From positions 47,926,001 to 47,990,000 of the forward strand of contig NC_043003.1 in the NCBI RefSeq assembly GCF_006345805.1: a DNA stretch of 64,000 bases. Direction: 5' to 3'. Position numbers and translations under genes: made by a program. This document shows positions 26,403 through 40,240 of the stretch, piece after piece. Every line of letters starts with the position of its first letter. Within the stretch, counting starts at the first letter, position 1. The notes beneath the pieces were generated by a model, which was not told the DNA's origin, ran no database searches, and saw only the letters and a list, made by a program, of their open reading frames with translations. The DNA is from Octopus sinensis. Lineage: Eukaryota.

Positions 26403-26698
26403 CGTGACCGACCAGGCTATCAGATGTTGCTACACATCGCTGGTCACATGCGCTTTGCATTGTTATAGCCTTCAAATGATGCCACCCCGCTGGCTAAGCG
26501 AGCAGGCCTACAGAAGAAAGAGTGAGAGAAAGCTGTGGCGAAAGAGTACAGCAGGGATTGCCACCACCCCCTGCCAGAGCCTCGTGGAGCTTTAGGTGTT
26601 TTTGCTCAATAAACACTCACAACGCCTGGTCTGGGAATCAAAACCGTGATCCTACAACCGCGAGTCCACTGCCCAAACCACTGAGCCATTGCGCCTCC
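26400..26698 (-). mobile_element. tRNA-derived SINE, second tail type
   Basis: TGGCTCAGTGG head; 3' tail GTGACCAGCGATGTGTAGCAACATCTGATAG shared with about 47000-47260. Confidence 0.7.
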
Positions 26699-26708
26699 AC
26701 ACACACAC

Positions 26709-26755
<47 letters not shown>

Positions 26756-26763
26756 CACACATA

Positions 26764-26955
26764 CGAGGGGATGCTGAAAAGTTCCTGGTTTTAAGAATGT
26801 TGCAATAGTCCTGATTTTACAGAGCTTAGAAAAACTGAAGGACCGCTGAATAAGTGTAAAAATCTGAGTGAGGAATATATTGAATAAAATCATAATTAAC
26901 TAATCCTTCTGTATTTTTCTTTTACTCAAAGCCAAGAACTTTTCAATACCCCTTG
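26764..26955. mobile_element. mariner-type MITE family (~200 bp)
   Basis: TA-CGAGGGG.TGCTGAAAAGTTCCTGG TIRs; copies at about 4562-4783 and 12034-12250, partial at 26085-26165. Confidence 0.75.
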
Positions 26956-29224
26956 TACAAAGCTAGCGTGGGTTGAACAGGTCTGTAATAAAAGATATTG
27001 GGTTTTATAAACAGGATGATACAGGATTTTGTGTTATCTTCTTTCCATCACTTCCTCTGTCAAAAATGCTTTCCATTATCAACATGTTGCACCTTTTCAT
27101 TTATTTGCATCACATATACATTGCCAGTACAGTTGTCTACTATGAATATATCATCAAATATAATGCCCAGCTACTTTCTTGTCTTGCATGCATACCCAAC
27201 AGATAATGCACAACTTCTTTCTCTGCAAGGTCTCTGTATTTGACCCTGTAGCATTTAAGCCAGCTATATCCGGCCAAAATATTCAACTTGTTTTATGTTC
27301 AAAGTGGCTAGATCTGGCCTCTCACACCTACTCTACAAAGTCAATCTAAAAATAAACAATCACATCATCAAAATCTCAAAGCTATGAGATAATGCAGGAT
27401 TAATATAAAACAATTGAATAAATAAACATAATATTTGATAGATTAATCTGAATGCTAAAGGGTTAATATTACCATGTTGTTTAAGGTGGGAAAGCTAGCA
27501 GAATTGTTAGCATGTTGGCCAAAATGCTTAGTGGCATATCATCCATCAGTACGTTTTGAGTTTAAATTCTGCTGGGGTCAACTTTGCCTTTCATCCTTTC
27601 GGGGTTGATAAAATAAACACCAGTTGCACACTGGGGAGATATAATCAAATTACCCCATCCCCTGAAATTGCTGGCCGTGTGCCAAAATTTGAAACTAATA
27701 TCACTATTTTGGACCACACAGTTTATGTAGAGATCATACTAACAGAGAAATCTCTTTTTGAGGAAAGCCATTTTCAACTTGATTTTTTGTTTTAAACACT
27801 CTCTTTCTCTTTACTCTTTTACTTGTTACAGTCTTTTGACTGCGGCCATGCTGGAGCACCGCCTTTAATCGAGCAACTCGACCCCGGAACTTATTCCTTT
27901 TGTAAGCCTAGTACTTATTCTATTGGTCTCTTTTGCCAAACTGCTAAGTATCGGGGACATAAACACACCAGCATCGGTTGTCAAGCAATGCTAGGGGGAC
28001 AAACACAGACACACAAACACACAGAACGCCATGTTGAATCGTTAGCTCCTGCACGCATTTTTTTTCTCTCCTTGTTTCTTTTCTGTGTATCTTTCTGTTG
28101 AAGAGCGTAGGCTCGAAACATAAAAGACTTGTTTTATTTCTATTCCTGAGCGCCATACAAATACAATTGTTTGTTTGTACTCCACCTGCCTTCGTCTTTT
28201 GTTTATTTTTGTAAACCTTCCCGTTATATATATATATATATATATACATATATACGACAGGCTTCTTTTCAGTTTCCATCTACCAAATCCACTCACAAGG
28301 CTTTGGTTGGCCCGAGGCTATAGTGGAAGATACTTGCCCAAGGTGCCACGTAGTGGGACTAAACCTGGAACCATGTGGTTGGTAAACAAGCTACTTACAA
28401 CACAGCCACTCCTGCGCCTATAATTTCTCTACTATAATTTCACAGTGATATCCTGCACTAATTAAGCTATCTAGGTAACAGAAACCACCTACACCTTCAA
28501 GCAAGCTTTCTGAGTAATTCTTTGAGATTTAATTTCATAGCTGCCCTACAACTAACTACTTGGGTACATGCTGAAATTCTTATTTCTCCTGTTAATCTGC
28601 CAGAAATTCCATACACTTTTGAGTATGCAGTGCTCTGAATGGTGCACACATTAATAAGTTCTTTCACACTGAGCAACCCAGATGTTATTCCAATTTTGTA
28701 ACTTGTTACTATTACTAACTTTTATACATGTGAAAGTACAGTAGCTGAAGCTGTTCACAGGATATATTGATTAAAATTTGTGCATAGAAGATTTATAGTG
28801 ATCACTGTTTATACCACAAATACTATTAACACTGCAATTGATATTTCACAGTATGTAAAATAGTATCTTACATTACTAAGTCAAAATACAGCTAGAAGGA
28901 GTGACAATTCTAATTTCCTAATCTCCCTGGTATTTGATGGTTACTTCATGTTACATAGGTTGTCAGTTGATGATACACACATATACCTGTCTGTCTATAT
29001 TTATATACACACATGTTAAAAATATGTTATATACACACATGTTATATAAAACATGTTATATACACACATGTTATATAAAACATGTTATATACACACATGT
29101 TAAAAATTAATTATAATTATGTAATAACTCATGTTCAGAAAAAGAATTGAACTAATAAACTATAAACTTTAATGTGACAGCTTTTCTTTTATATAACACT
29201 GCATTTCTAATAAATAATAAGTTG

Positions 29225-29296
29225 GGTCCTATAGTGTAATGGCTAGCACTCTGGACTCTGAATCCAGCAATCTGAGTTCAAATGTCAGTAGAATCT
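29225..29296 (+). pseudogene. tRNA-Gln(CTG) pseudogene
   Basis: Closely matches metazoan tRNA-Gln GGTTCCATGGTGTAATGGTTAGCACTCTGGACTCTGAATCCAGCGATCCGAGTTCAAATCTCGGTGGAACCT; anticodon CTG at 29258-29260; G:G mismatch closing the T-loop, C:A in the acceptor stem, no T4 terminator immediately downstream. Confidence 0.85.
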
Positions 29297-29939
29297 GAAT
29301 TCTTTACTCTTTCAACAGTGGTGCCCCCAGCATGACCATAACGTTAAAGATGAAACAAGTTAAAGAGTTATACTAGTTATATACACTTGGATGGCAATAA
29401 AGGCTCTGGCAGGGCTGTGTGGTTAAGAATTATACTTTGCAACTACATAGTCCAATATTCAATCCACTTGTGTAGGACCTTTGACAAATGTCTCCTATCA
29501 CAGCTTCAGTTTAACCAACGTTTTGCAAGTGAAATTTTAGAAACTGTGGATGCCCATGCATACCCACTGAAAACTATCTTCCGATGAGAAATGTAAATAT
29601 CATTGAGAAAATTGAGAAATATAAACCTGTGCTTTCGAAAGAGAATTTAATGTGGTGCTACTACTTCTGCTCAAGTTACACTCTTGGCATTATAACTGTT
29701 CATTGGAAACCTGTAACCAACAATACTACTGATCACAAAATACAATATAAAATAAATCATATACAGGTTATGATGACATGTAAAACTTACTGGGTTATTT
29801 ATGTCGAGGATAAGTAACTAAAAGAGTTGTAGCACAACTCATTAGTAAGAAAATTAGATGAGAATCAGTTCAGGTTTCTGCTATAATAGAGTACCACTAA
29901 TACTTTATTCCTATTGAGAGATGTACAAGAAGTTCTTAG

Positions 29940-30070
29940 CAATGAGCAAGCCACTAAGCCCCTAAGCCTGGCTTTTGTTGATTTGGCGAAGGTCTCTAAT
30001 AAGATACCATGCTCTGTAGCCTGGTGGTCATTAAAAAACAATGTAAATGAATGACTTGTAAGAACCATGT
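29940..30070 (+). mobile_element. RTE-like RT fragment
   Basis: KPLSLAFVDLAKVSNKIPCSVAWWSL. Confidence 0.55.
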
Positions 30071-31748
30071 GAGCTACACTTATTTCTGTCTATTATAATT
30101 CTCCAGGGCATAACAAAGTTTAAAACCAGTCAATGGTGGGAACTTCTGTTTATTAACTATGTAGTTTCTATAACTGAATCTGTTGCAAACCAACAAAAAA
30201 TTTCCAAATTTGGAAGCAAAAATCTAGACCCAAGAGATCAAAGGCCTGATGAAAATGAAAACTTTAATTAAAAACTGAAAAGGAGAGATGGAATTGTACA
30301 GCCATTTAGAAGTGTAAGTGTGTGTGTGTATGTACACACACACATGCAAAAATAAATTTTTTTAAATGTAAGAATACCATACAATGTATCCAATATTTAA
30401 ACTAGGTGCACAAAAGATGCAAAGGTATCACAGGCAGGGTGGCAGAGGGTCTCATATGTAGTAAATATGATGGAGTAAACAACAGCAAGAGCACATACTC
30501 ATAATCATCATCATCGTTATGCTCACTCTTCAAACTTGCATAAATTAGAAGGAATTTGTTGAAGCAGATTTCCTATGGCTAGATGCCCTTCTTATCACCA
30601 ATATTACTTTTCAAGCATGGTAATATTTCCTCATAGTAAGGTGGCGAGCTGGTAGAATCAATAGCACTCTGGGCAAAATGCTGACTGGCCTGTCATCTAT
30701 CTTTGTGCTCTGAGCTCAAATTCCACCAAGATTGACTTTGCCTTTTATCCTTTTGGGGTTGATAAAATAAGCACCAATTGAGCACTGGGGTTGATGTAAA
30801 TGACTTACCCTTCCCCAGGAATTGCTGGCTTTGTGCCAAAATTTGGAACAAATATTTTCTCATAATCAAACATATTTATACAGAAGACTGGAAACAGAGG
30901 ACACTGATTGAATGATAGTGAAACTTGCTTACAACAATCACATAATGTCAAGACAAGGAGACACAAACATACAGCAGGCTTCACTCAGTTTCCATCTACC
31001 ATTTCTACTCACAGTCCTTTGGTTGGTTCAGGGCTATAGTAGAAGACACTTACCCTTGGTGCCACACAGTAGGACTGAACCTGAAACCATGTGGTTGGGA
31101 AGCAAATTTAACTTCACAGCACACGTGAAACAAATTCTTTCACATGCTCAGAGATCTCAACAGAAGCAGAAGATAGTTTCCATTACCTCAATAACCAAAT
31201 TAGCAGTGGAGGTGAGATAGGTGATTCGAAAGTATAATAATCAAAGTAAGAAAAGGGATGGAAGAGTTCAGAGAGCTAATACTTCTGCCAGCAACAAAGA
31301 GGTTCTCTTTCTGAGTGAAGAGAGATTCCTTGATGCTTTAGTACAAAGTATGATGCTATGTAGTAGAAAAAGTATGGGTACTGAGTACAAAAGATATTCA
31401 AAGGTTAGAATGAAATGAAACTAGCAGCCTTCACTGGATAGGTAATATTAGTGCACATGCATGATGGAACGCAAATGAACTGAGAGAAAAGAATATAATA
31501 GGAAAAAGATATAAAAGTATCCAGATGTCTAGTGCTAGGGTACTCTCTTACTTGTTTCAGTCATGTGACTGTGGCCATCCTGGAGCACCGCCTTTAGTTG
31601 AGCAAATCGACCCCAGGACTTATTCTTTGTAAGCCTAGTACTTATTCTATCGGTCTCTTTTGCTGAACCGCTAAGTTACGGGGACGCAAACACACCAGCA
31701 TCGGTTGTCAAGTGATGTTGGGGGACAAACACAGATGCACAAACAAAG

Positions 31749-31797
<49 letters not shown>

Positions 31798-32184
31798 CAC
31801 AACGGGCTTCTTTCAGCTTTCGTACACCAAATCCACCCACAAGGCCTTGGTTGGCCTGAGGCTATAGTAGAAGACACCTGCCCAAGGTGCCATGCAGTAG
31901 GACTGAACCCGGAAACATGTGGTCTGTAATCAAGCTACTTACCACACAGCCTCTCCTACGCCTACAGATATGTTTTGTGTAAAGAAGTGTTAAGGTGATC
32001 TAAGTGATAAGACTCAGTAGAAGAGGATGATTAAGGAAGACATAATAAGCAATGTAAGCTGATCTCATGAGGCTGAACTTCCTGAAGGAGAGAACAGGAG
32101 TGACACAAGTTATGAGATACTGTATAGGAGAAGACCCATTTAATCACGATAAAAGGAATATAAAATCATATGTATATGTGTGTG

Positions 32185-32218
<34 letters not shown>

Positions 32219-32928
32219 AGACAAAATACAAGCACTTTATTCTACCATTATGCATTGCATAGAGCATTATCTCTTCCGGTTGATAATCATTGAATGGGGG
32301 TTTGAAACATAATATCTTGCCACCTTTATTTAGACACACACCCTCGTACATACAACAACTTAAAGATGAAGTTTCTCTGTGGTTGTCTGATCAACTGGAA
32401 ACCACATCTTTATGTTATCTGTCTATGTAGATGGAACCTCTACATGGTTGCTTAATCTACTAGAAATAGCAGCCAAATCTTCATCAGATCACGTTGCTGA
32501 AATATAATGTCTATGTTTGAATTAATTTTTTTAATATAAGGAAGAATTTAATTAAATAACTTTGTAATTATTAAACAGGTGTTTGGAAGATAAAGTAACA
32601 TGAAGGTTTGATGACAGGTTTTAATTAAGATGACTTTAAGAAAAAACAGGTTTGTATAATAGAACCAAGGGTAGTCTTGCAGGGGTTTGATATGAAAAGG
32701 GTTAAAGGAAGCAAGAAGTATTAAATAATGTGACACTAGACACACTGTATGAATAAAAGATGGATAGTCATGAGTTTGGTGATCAGGGGTTCATCTAGTG
32801 TTAAACAACAAAAAACTCCAACTGTTTGTATAAGTTTAGATTTTAAGTCAAGTGTAGATACAGTCACAAAGGAGTCAAATGTTAGAAAATCTGAGCAAAT
32901 TGCTTTCAAGACTGAAGTGTAACTTAAC

Positions 32929-32957
32929 ATGATTCTGAAGAGTTATTAGCAGGATAC
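32929..32957 (-). CDS. Putative 29-bp exon (RYPANNSSES)
   Basis: Acceptor cttattttgtgtag|, weak donor CAT|GTTAAG; its length bridges phase 2 to phase 1 between the neighbouring exons. Confidence 0.3.
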
Positions 32958-33968
32958 CTACACAAAATAAGTTACTGTAATGAGAGTTGTCTTCCCTTAA
33001 TTAGTTCTATCAACTTAGAATTGCATTTGCTTGGGTGTTTACAATAGAACAAAGAAATGAAGAATGTGATGTGTGTCTACATCAGCAACTAAATTAACAC
33101 TTTGTTTACCAAGCCCATTTTGTACCATATTTTCTTTTGCATTAGCAACTATGCATTTTTAAATATAAGCCTTAATAAAGCATAAATAACAGCATGTTTT
33201 TTTTATATACTTATCAAAGACATTTCTTTTACTAGGACCTATCTCAGCTTCTGTTGATTCAAATTGAAAACCAGCTAAGAAATAAACAGAAACATGTTCT
33301 GTACATTTTCTAAAATATGAATAATGTAGTCTGAACTACATTAAATTGAGGCCCCATAAAAAAAAAATTACTATTAGAAGTCACCAGTGACTCCCGTGCT
33401 AGGCATATTGCTAAAGTACAATCATATACATTTAATCCTGTAATGATTCCTGAATTTTTCATTATACATACATGCCAAATGTGATGCTTTGTATCTCATG
33501 TGTGTGTGTGTGTGTACTGTATATTATATACTTTTTTTTATTAAAGCTGCAATACATTACAAAGCAGTTTTGTGATGGTTTTGCAGCTTTAACAAAAAAG
33601 CATATTACTCTATATTCAGTATGCGAGTACTATTCTTTTCCACCATGTTTTGCATCTATGTACTTACTCATGTATGCATGTGTGTATGTATATATAGAAA
33701 TAAATATATATATATATATATATATTGTATACACACACACATGAATAGCAAAGCAAAAGGAAATTGTGAAGGTTTATGTTGATAAATAGTAATAGAAGAG
33801 TGTTTATAGAGTGGAATGAATTTCATGTAATAAGAAACAAAAGAAGTCTTGAGTAGAACCCATTATCAGAGAACAATGAAGCATTTGTTGGTATGATGAG
33901 AAACATTTAAATTCTCTTTATCAGGTCATAAAATTTATCCAACTATTTGAATTTAACATGGCACATAC

Positions 33969-34015
33969 CTTTTTCCTACTGGAGAAAACTCTCCCTCAAT
34001 TCCACCCAATGCCAT
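33969..34015 (-). CDS. Putative first coding exon of a small spliced ORF (MALGGIEGEFSPVGK...)
   Basis: Exon 33969-34068 with acceptor ccagtctgcag| and strong donor AAG|GTATGT; ATG at 34015 directly after an in-frame TAG; ends in phase 2. Confidence 0.35.
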
Positions 34016-36354
34016 CTATTTGGAGTTGGGCTTTGTTTAAAGGATTTGCCTTATCTGTCATGCTTGGCCTGCAGACTGGCAAGGGTTCTATTGGTTTACT
34101 AATTTATTTGTATATAAGTATAGAAGGTACAAAGCTTCACATTCTGTGTGTACAATAAATATGTTGGGGATCAATGCAAAATTAATAGAAAATATGACTA
34201 TATTTTATTCTAAGTGCTGGTGCAGACACAAGCATTACACATTCCAGTTCTTGGCTCTATTGCAGATAACCCAAGCAAATGAAATTCCAATGATGGAACA
34301 CATAACAAAAGGCATCCACCTTAGATTGGTACCTTTTTTTTTTATCAACCCCAAAAGAATGGAAAGGTAGCATTGATTTCGGCAGGATTTGATGTCCTGA
34401 GTGCTGATAGTTATAACAATCACTGCAAACATTCAATCCAAAACCTGAATTCTTTGGCATTTCAATCAGCCATATCTGGCCAAAATATTCTACCAGTTTT
34501 ATGTTGGAACTGGTCGGATCTGGCCTCTCACACCTACCCTGCAGTATCATTCTAAACATTTATAGTTACCTTATCAAAATATCATACCTACAAGATACTG
34601 CATGATTAATTCAAAACAATGTGAATAAATAAGCATTACTTTTGACAGAATAATGCAAATGCTAAAAGTTTAGAGACTGCTAATTTGTCACTGATTGGAT
34701 ACAAATAAATACAGACTTGAGAGTATTGCAGACATTTTAAGCTACCATCTCACAAGTTTTTGAGCCAAGTGAGAAAATGACATAATATATATATACAGAA
34801 AGCTTGACTGTTTTTAATGCACTGCAGCAATGCATGTGTTCCTTTGCAACAAAGTGTAATACAGGAACCTATTTGTTTAAAAAAAAACATCTTTGTACAA
34901 ATATTCACTTAATGTTTTAGTCAATAAATTGTGGCGATGCTGGGGCATGAGCTTAAATTGTTTAGCAGATCATATCAACATCAATATTTCTCAGACACAG
35001 ACATACACCCATTTATATGTATGTATAAACATACAAACACAGAGGTTCTCCATACAGTTTCCAAATTCACTCATAAGTCATGAGTAGGTACAATGAGATT
35101 GAACCTGAAATCATGACAAACTTAACCACACAGTCATGTCTATATGTGTGTGTGGTGCATGTATGTTCACTATATACATAAGCATAGTGCATGAAAGAGG
35201 AAATGTGAGGAAGAGAATAGATATAGTTTGTTTGTTGGGGAAGTGTGTGAAAAGTTTTATTGTTACATGTAGGTGATGTGTATGTGAGTGTGTGTATTAT
35301 AAAAGTATATAAAAAATGTGTTTGAGTCTACATTATAAAACTTACAAAAGTTGAAGTGTTGCACAACTTGTAAATTGAAAAAGGTGTGCCACTTTGAGGA
35401 CACTAATGATATTGTAGTTTACATGTTTAAACAAGAGTAAGGTGGTTACCAGTTCAATATTAGGGCACGGTCACTCAGTTAAGTGTAAACCATTTCAAGT
35501 TCTAGATACAAAGGTGTGTGTGTAATTGGTTTTACTTGAATAAACTTATTACAGTATGATAAAAATGATTAGAATAAGATATCTGTATCTGTGTGTATAC
35601 ATATAATACATATCATCACTATCATTTAACGTCCGTTTTCCATGCTAGCATGGGTTGGATGGTTTGACTGGGGTCTGGGAAGTCAGGAGGCTGCACCAGG
35701 CTCAGTTTGATCTGGCAGTGTTTCTACAGCTGGATGCCCTTCCTAACGCCAACCATTCCATGAGTTTAGTGGGTACTTTTTACGTTCCACTGGCACAGGG
35801 GCCAGGCAATGGCCATAATTAATTGGTGCTTTTTATGTGCCACCGACAAGGAAGCCAGTCAAGGCAGCACTGACATTGGCCACGTTCGGATGGTGCTTTT
35901 TACGTGCCACCGGCACAGGTATCACAACTACAATTTCCATTTGATTTTTATTTTGATGTTGATGTACTTGACTCAATAGGTCTCCTCAAGCACAGCAGGT
36001 TGCTCTACAATCCAAGGTATATGTATGTGTAGTGATGGTGCATAGCCTAGTGGTTAGAGAGCTGCACTCATGATCACAAGATCAAGGTTTCGATTTCTAG
36101 ACATAGTGATACATAGTGTTGATCAAAACACTTTATCTCATATTGCTCTGCAATTACTTCAACATCTGACTATTGGCACACTGTACACCTGTGTAGGCAA
36201 TGTTGATTTGATGGGTGGAGCAAGCCAATGTACAACACAAACAACTGACCACTATAAACAAATTATTAGTGCGGGTTGTTTACCAAGAAATTACAGAACC
36301 CTCATTTGTTGTTTATGTCAGGCGAGATCATGATACATATATTATCCTGCTTAC

Positions 36355-36465
36355 GATGAAACTACTAAACATTGAGACATTCAGCTTCCAAATATGCACA
36401 ACAAAATTGTAATTCCACTAATGTATAGAGCCCTCTTTTTCTTTGAGGTAGTTGCACCCAGTACG
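36355..36465 (-). other. Putative non-coding exon
   Basis: Acceptor gtgtttttgtttctaagtatag| and donor ATC|GTAAGC; all three frames contain stops. Confidence 0.35.
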
Positions 36466-36741
36466 CTATACTTAGAAACAAAAACACACCCAATATAAAT
36501 CAAAGCAGGTACACATTTTATGACATCAAACAGTACTGGTTTTTTTTTGTATATAACATTTCAGAATGTTACATTGTTTTTTTGCGTTGAATATATTGAT
36601 GTCTCTTCCGATATGCTGACTGGAAGTTTCTAACCAAATATTGGAAGAAACGTCAATATTGTCTAGTGACGATATTCAATGCAAGATTGATAGTAACATT
36701 CTGTTATAATCTGTAATATATTGTTTGACAACATAAATATC

Positions 36742-36798
<57 letters not shown>

Positions 36799-39065
36799 TA
36801 TACATGTGTATTATATATTTAAAGGGTAGCAATTAATGAAACAAGTTCTTGAAACAAAGAAAGTGTTATTGTTTAGTTCAAGGTCAACCCTGATTGAGTA
36901 GATTTATGATTAAAGCCATTTAAGCTGTGTCCAGTTCATTTCGTCTTCAAGGCATAGTGAAACAAGGACCACATCAGCCAATATGTCATTTCTTGTTATT
37001 GGAGGTCAAGTGAAGTCGCATTTTAGGGCAACTATTTTTCTATTTAAGCACATAGCAATGACTTATAAGTTGAAAGAAGTTAAATTTACAGAACGTATTT
37101 GTATCCTTTAGAAATTACATTAGAGATTACCATTCCGTGTACATAAGATGTTGCAGACTGATAAATCAGGTGCCTTTCACATTAATTTCTGATAATTCTT
37201 TTCCATTCGTAGTTAATCATTCTATGTATCTTATTCAAAACATCTACAGTATATATATAGTTTTATCTATAAATGTAAATAATTTAAACTTATAAAAAAT
37301 TACGTGCTTCTTTTATTCAATAAATGCAGCATAATTATCAAGATTTTATATTTAGAATTTCAGTTTATATTTTTCAAATTTTAAAAATATTTTATTTTTG
37401 TAGCACACTAATTGTAGCTACTGGAGAAGTTCTCTTAGAGGTAGAAATTAATTGGTGCTACCCTGTGTGAAGGTTGACAATGAAATTAGTAACATACTAA
37501 TGCAAATTCCAAGTGTCGATTATTATGGATGGGTTTTAAATGAAAGTTCCATAGAAATCAAAGAACACAATTAGGTGGTCTGAGAGAATCAACATCCTCT
37601 ATTCTATCTCACAAAGGAAAAAAGCTGTCATGATTGGTTATGTTAGGTAACATTATATGTACTTATAGGTAGGAAATACAATAATTTCTTGTTCACTTCT
37701 GTTTAGGAAATATTGTTGAACAAATAAACAAAGAATATAGTAGTTTAAAAATGCATATATTGAAGTATATATTTTAGTTTTTCTTTGGAAAACCAGATAT
37801 CCATAACGAGTCCTTATATTTTTGTAAAGAAAGCTAAGGTCACAAATGTAGAGACAAATACATATTGGATTGATATTCTTTTTTGCTGTCAAATTAATGA
37901 ACCTGTAAAATACACAACTTAAACAGCATTTGAATACTTAGGTATTCTGAAAGGACACCTTTTGATCACTATAGCTCAGGTCAGCCCTGAACGAGCAGGC
38001 TATGCTCAGAGACGTTCAAACTATGGTTACCCTCATTTTCTTTCAGAGTCTAGGTTCACATCATCAAATGCATTTTTTTGTTGGTGTTAAAGGCTGTATC
38101 TGTTGATTTGATAAACAGAAGAATTGGCTGATATTCCCATGACTGTACAACACTTCTCAGGTCAGTGTCAGAAATTCAAGAACCCTAAATACAAAGCCTT
38201 GACGTGATCGTTCAACCTGCTTGAAATAGAAGCCAACTTTCCTTCAAATCAAATTCTATTGTCTTAAAAATAAAAACAACACATTAGCTGGTGTTGTCAG
38301 GAGGGCACTATACATTGAAAAGATGCAGGATAATCATAACCAGAACACCTTTGATAAGGTTGTGCAGGTGTCACTAAAGCCAAAAAGGATTAGCATAACA
38401 GACACATAAATAAGATACTGCTTTCACATAGCAACATCTTTTGAATATAGTTAGTTAATAGATTTAATGCAGAGAACCAAACCAAAATAATAATAATCCT
38501 TTCTACAAAAGCACAAGGCCTGAAGTTTGTGGGGAGGGGAGTAGTCGATTACACCGACCCCAGTCTTTCACTGGTACTTAATTTATCGACCCTGAAAGGA
38601 TGAAAGGCAAAGTCGACCTCGGCAGAATTTGAACTCAGTATGTTGAGATAATATAATAGTCCTTTCTACTCTAGGCATAAAGTCTGAAATTTTGGAGGAA
38701 GGGTTAAGTCAATTACATCGACCCCAGTACTCAATTTATCGACCCCGAAAGGAATAATAATAATAATTATTATAATTATAATACAACAGTAGGTTCCAAC
38801 AACAAAAGGCAATAGTTAGTATAAATGCATTAAAAAAAATTTCGTTTGTCCTGTTAAAACAAAATTTTTTTTAACTAGCAACTCATTTTTACGAGTTTTC
38901 TCAATAAACATTGAGAAAAAGAAACTGAAAAAATACTCTGACTTATTTAAATATATTTATTTGAAAGATAAATGTTTCAAAGGCAAAAAGTGATGGGTAA
39001 AATAATAATAATGATGATGGTGATGATGTTAAGATGATTTATTACATAAGACGAATTTTTTTATG

Positions 39066-39102
<37 letters not shown>

Positions 39103-40240
39103 TTGAGTGTGTGTATGTTTGGGTCTTGCCGAAAGAGCAAGGTAATATAATAAATAAATAATTTACTATAAAGCCTTGATTTTGTAAGGACTGGGTCGGG
39201 TATAGTCGATTGAACCAACTTCAGTACTAGACCGATTCTTATTTTATCGACCCCGAACAACGAAGAAACGAAAGACAGAACTGACGAGACTAAAATACTT
39301 AAAGCATGTCATTCCATCAACCTGATATCTTTTTTCTTGGATTACCCTGAAGAAAAAGGATCTCAGCGAAGAGGAAACGCGAGTCTGAGGCGTTCTGACT
39401 TTTCTTTGAAGACATTAGCAAAATAATGATGCTCAAAGTATCAAAATTATGTAATAAATAATGATGAAAAGTAAACAGTTGAAACTCCAGGCTTCAATTG
39501 TTTAGCAAAAAAAAAAATTATAAAGATAAATAAATTAAAAAATGATTAAAAAAAACAAAATAGGTGAGATGAGATGAAAGCATAATTATGAAACAGATCC
39601 ATATATCACAAAAGTCCTCCTATAAAGAAATTAATTAATGTAATTAAAACAGAGGAGTTTAAACGAGCTAAGTGTCTATTAGCTGTGTCAGATTAATTTC
39701 ATAATAAAAACTTAAGAGAAGTTATTTTCATACTCAGGAATATTTTTTCAACTTACAGAAAGCTTCCTATATTCTTTCGCATGTTTATATATTTGTATAT
39801 AGCTTTTTTTTTTTCAACGTGATATCGTAAAAGTAATGATAAATATCACCATTATGCTATTAACATAACATTTTGCATAACATTTCAATGGGATCGCAGA
39901 CACAATAATAGCAAGTTTTGCTATTATACAGTAGCAAGTGACTCAAATGTAGAACTACAGTTCGATGTTACATCAAGGTGAGCACTTTCTCCAGATCAAT
40001 AAATGAAGAGAGAGTTTACATCACAGTAAAAATTTTAGTCTGTAATTGAACTTTTCTTTTTCCTGTCACTTGTTTTGTTTTCTTTTTTTTTTCCGCAATT
40101 TATTCTTTGCTGTCTGTTTTGAATTCTTAGAAGAGCTGGTTCCTTCATTATCAGCATCAGTAAAATTGTCCAAACGCGTAGTTCTCCAACGGACAGCGAA
40201 TTCACGTGTCGAGTGGACAAACGGGAACAAAGAAGGAGAA

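Noticed and set aside
20059-33968. C/D snoRNAs near acceptors (SNHG-type host gene idea)
   Set aside because: No convincing RTGATGA...CTGA pairs with terminal stems seen in the introns I checked; H/ACA types cannot be excluded by eye.
36355-36465. In-frame TGA read as selenocysteine (..CIFGS*MSQ..)
   Set aside because: No selenoprotein motif or SECIS recognised.
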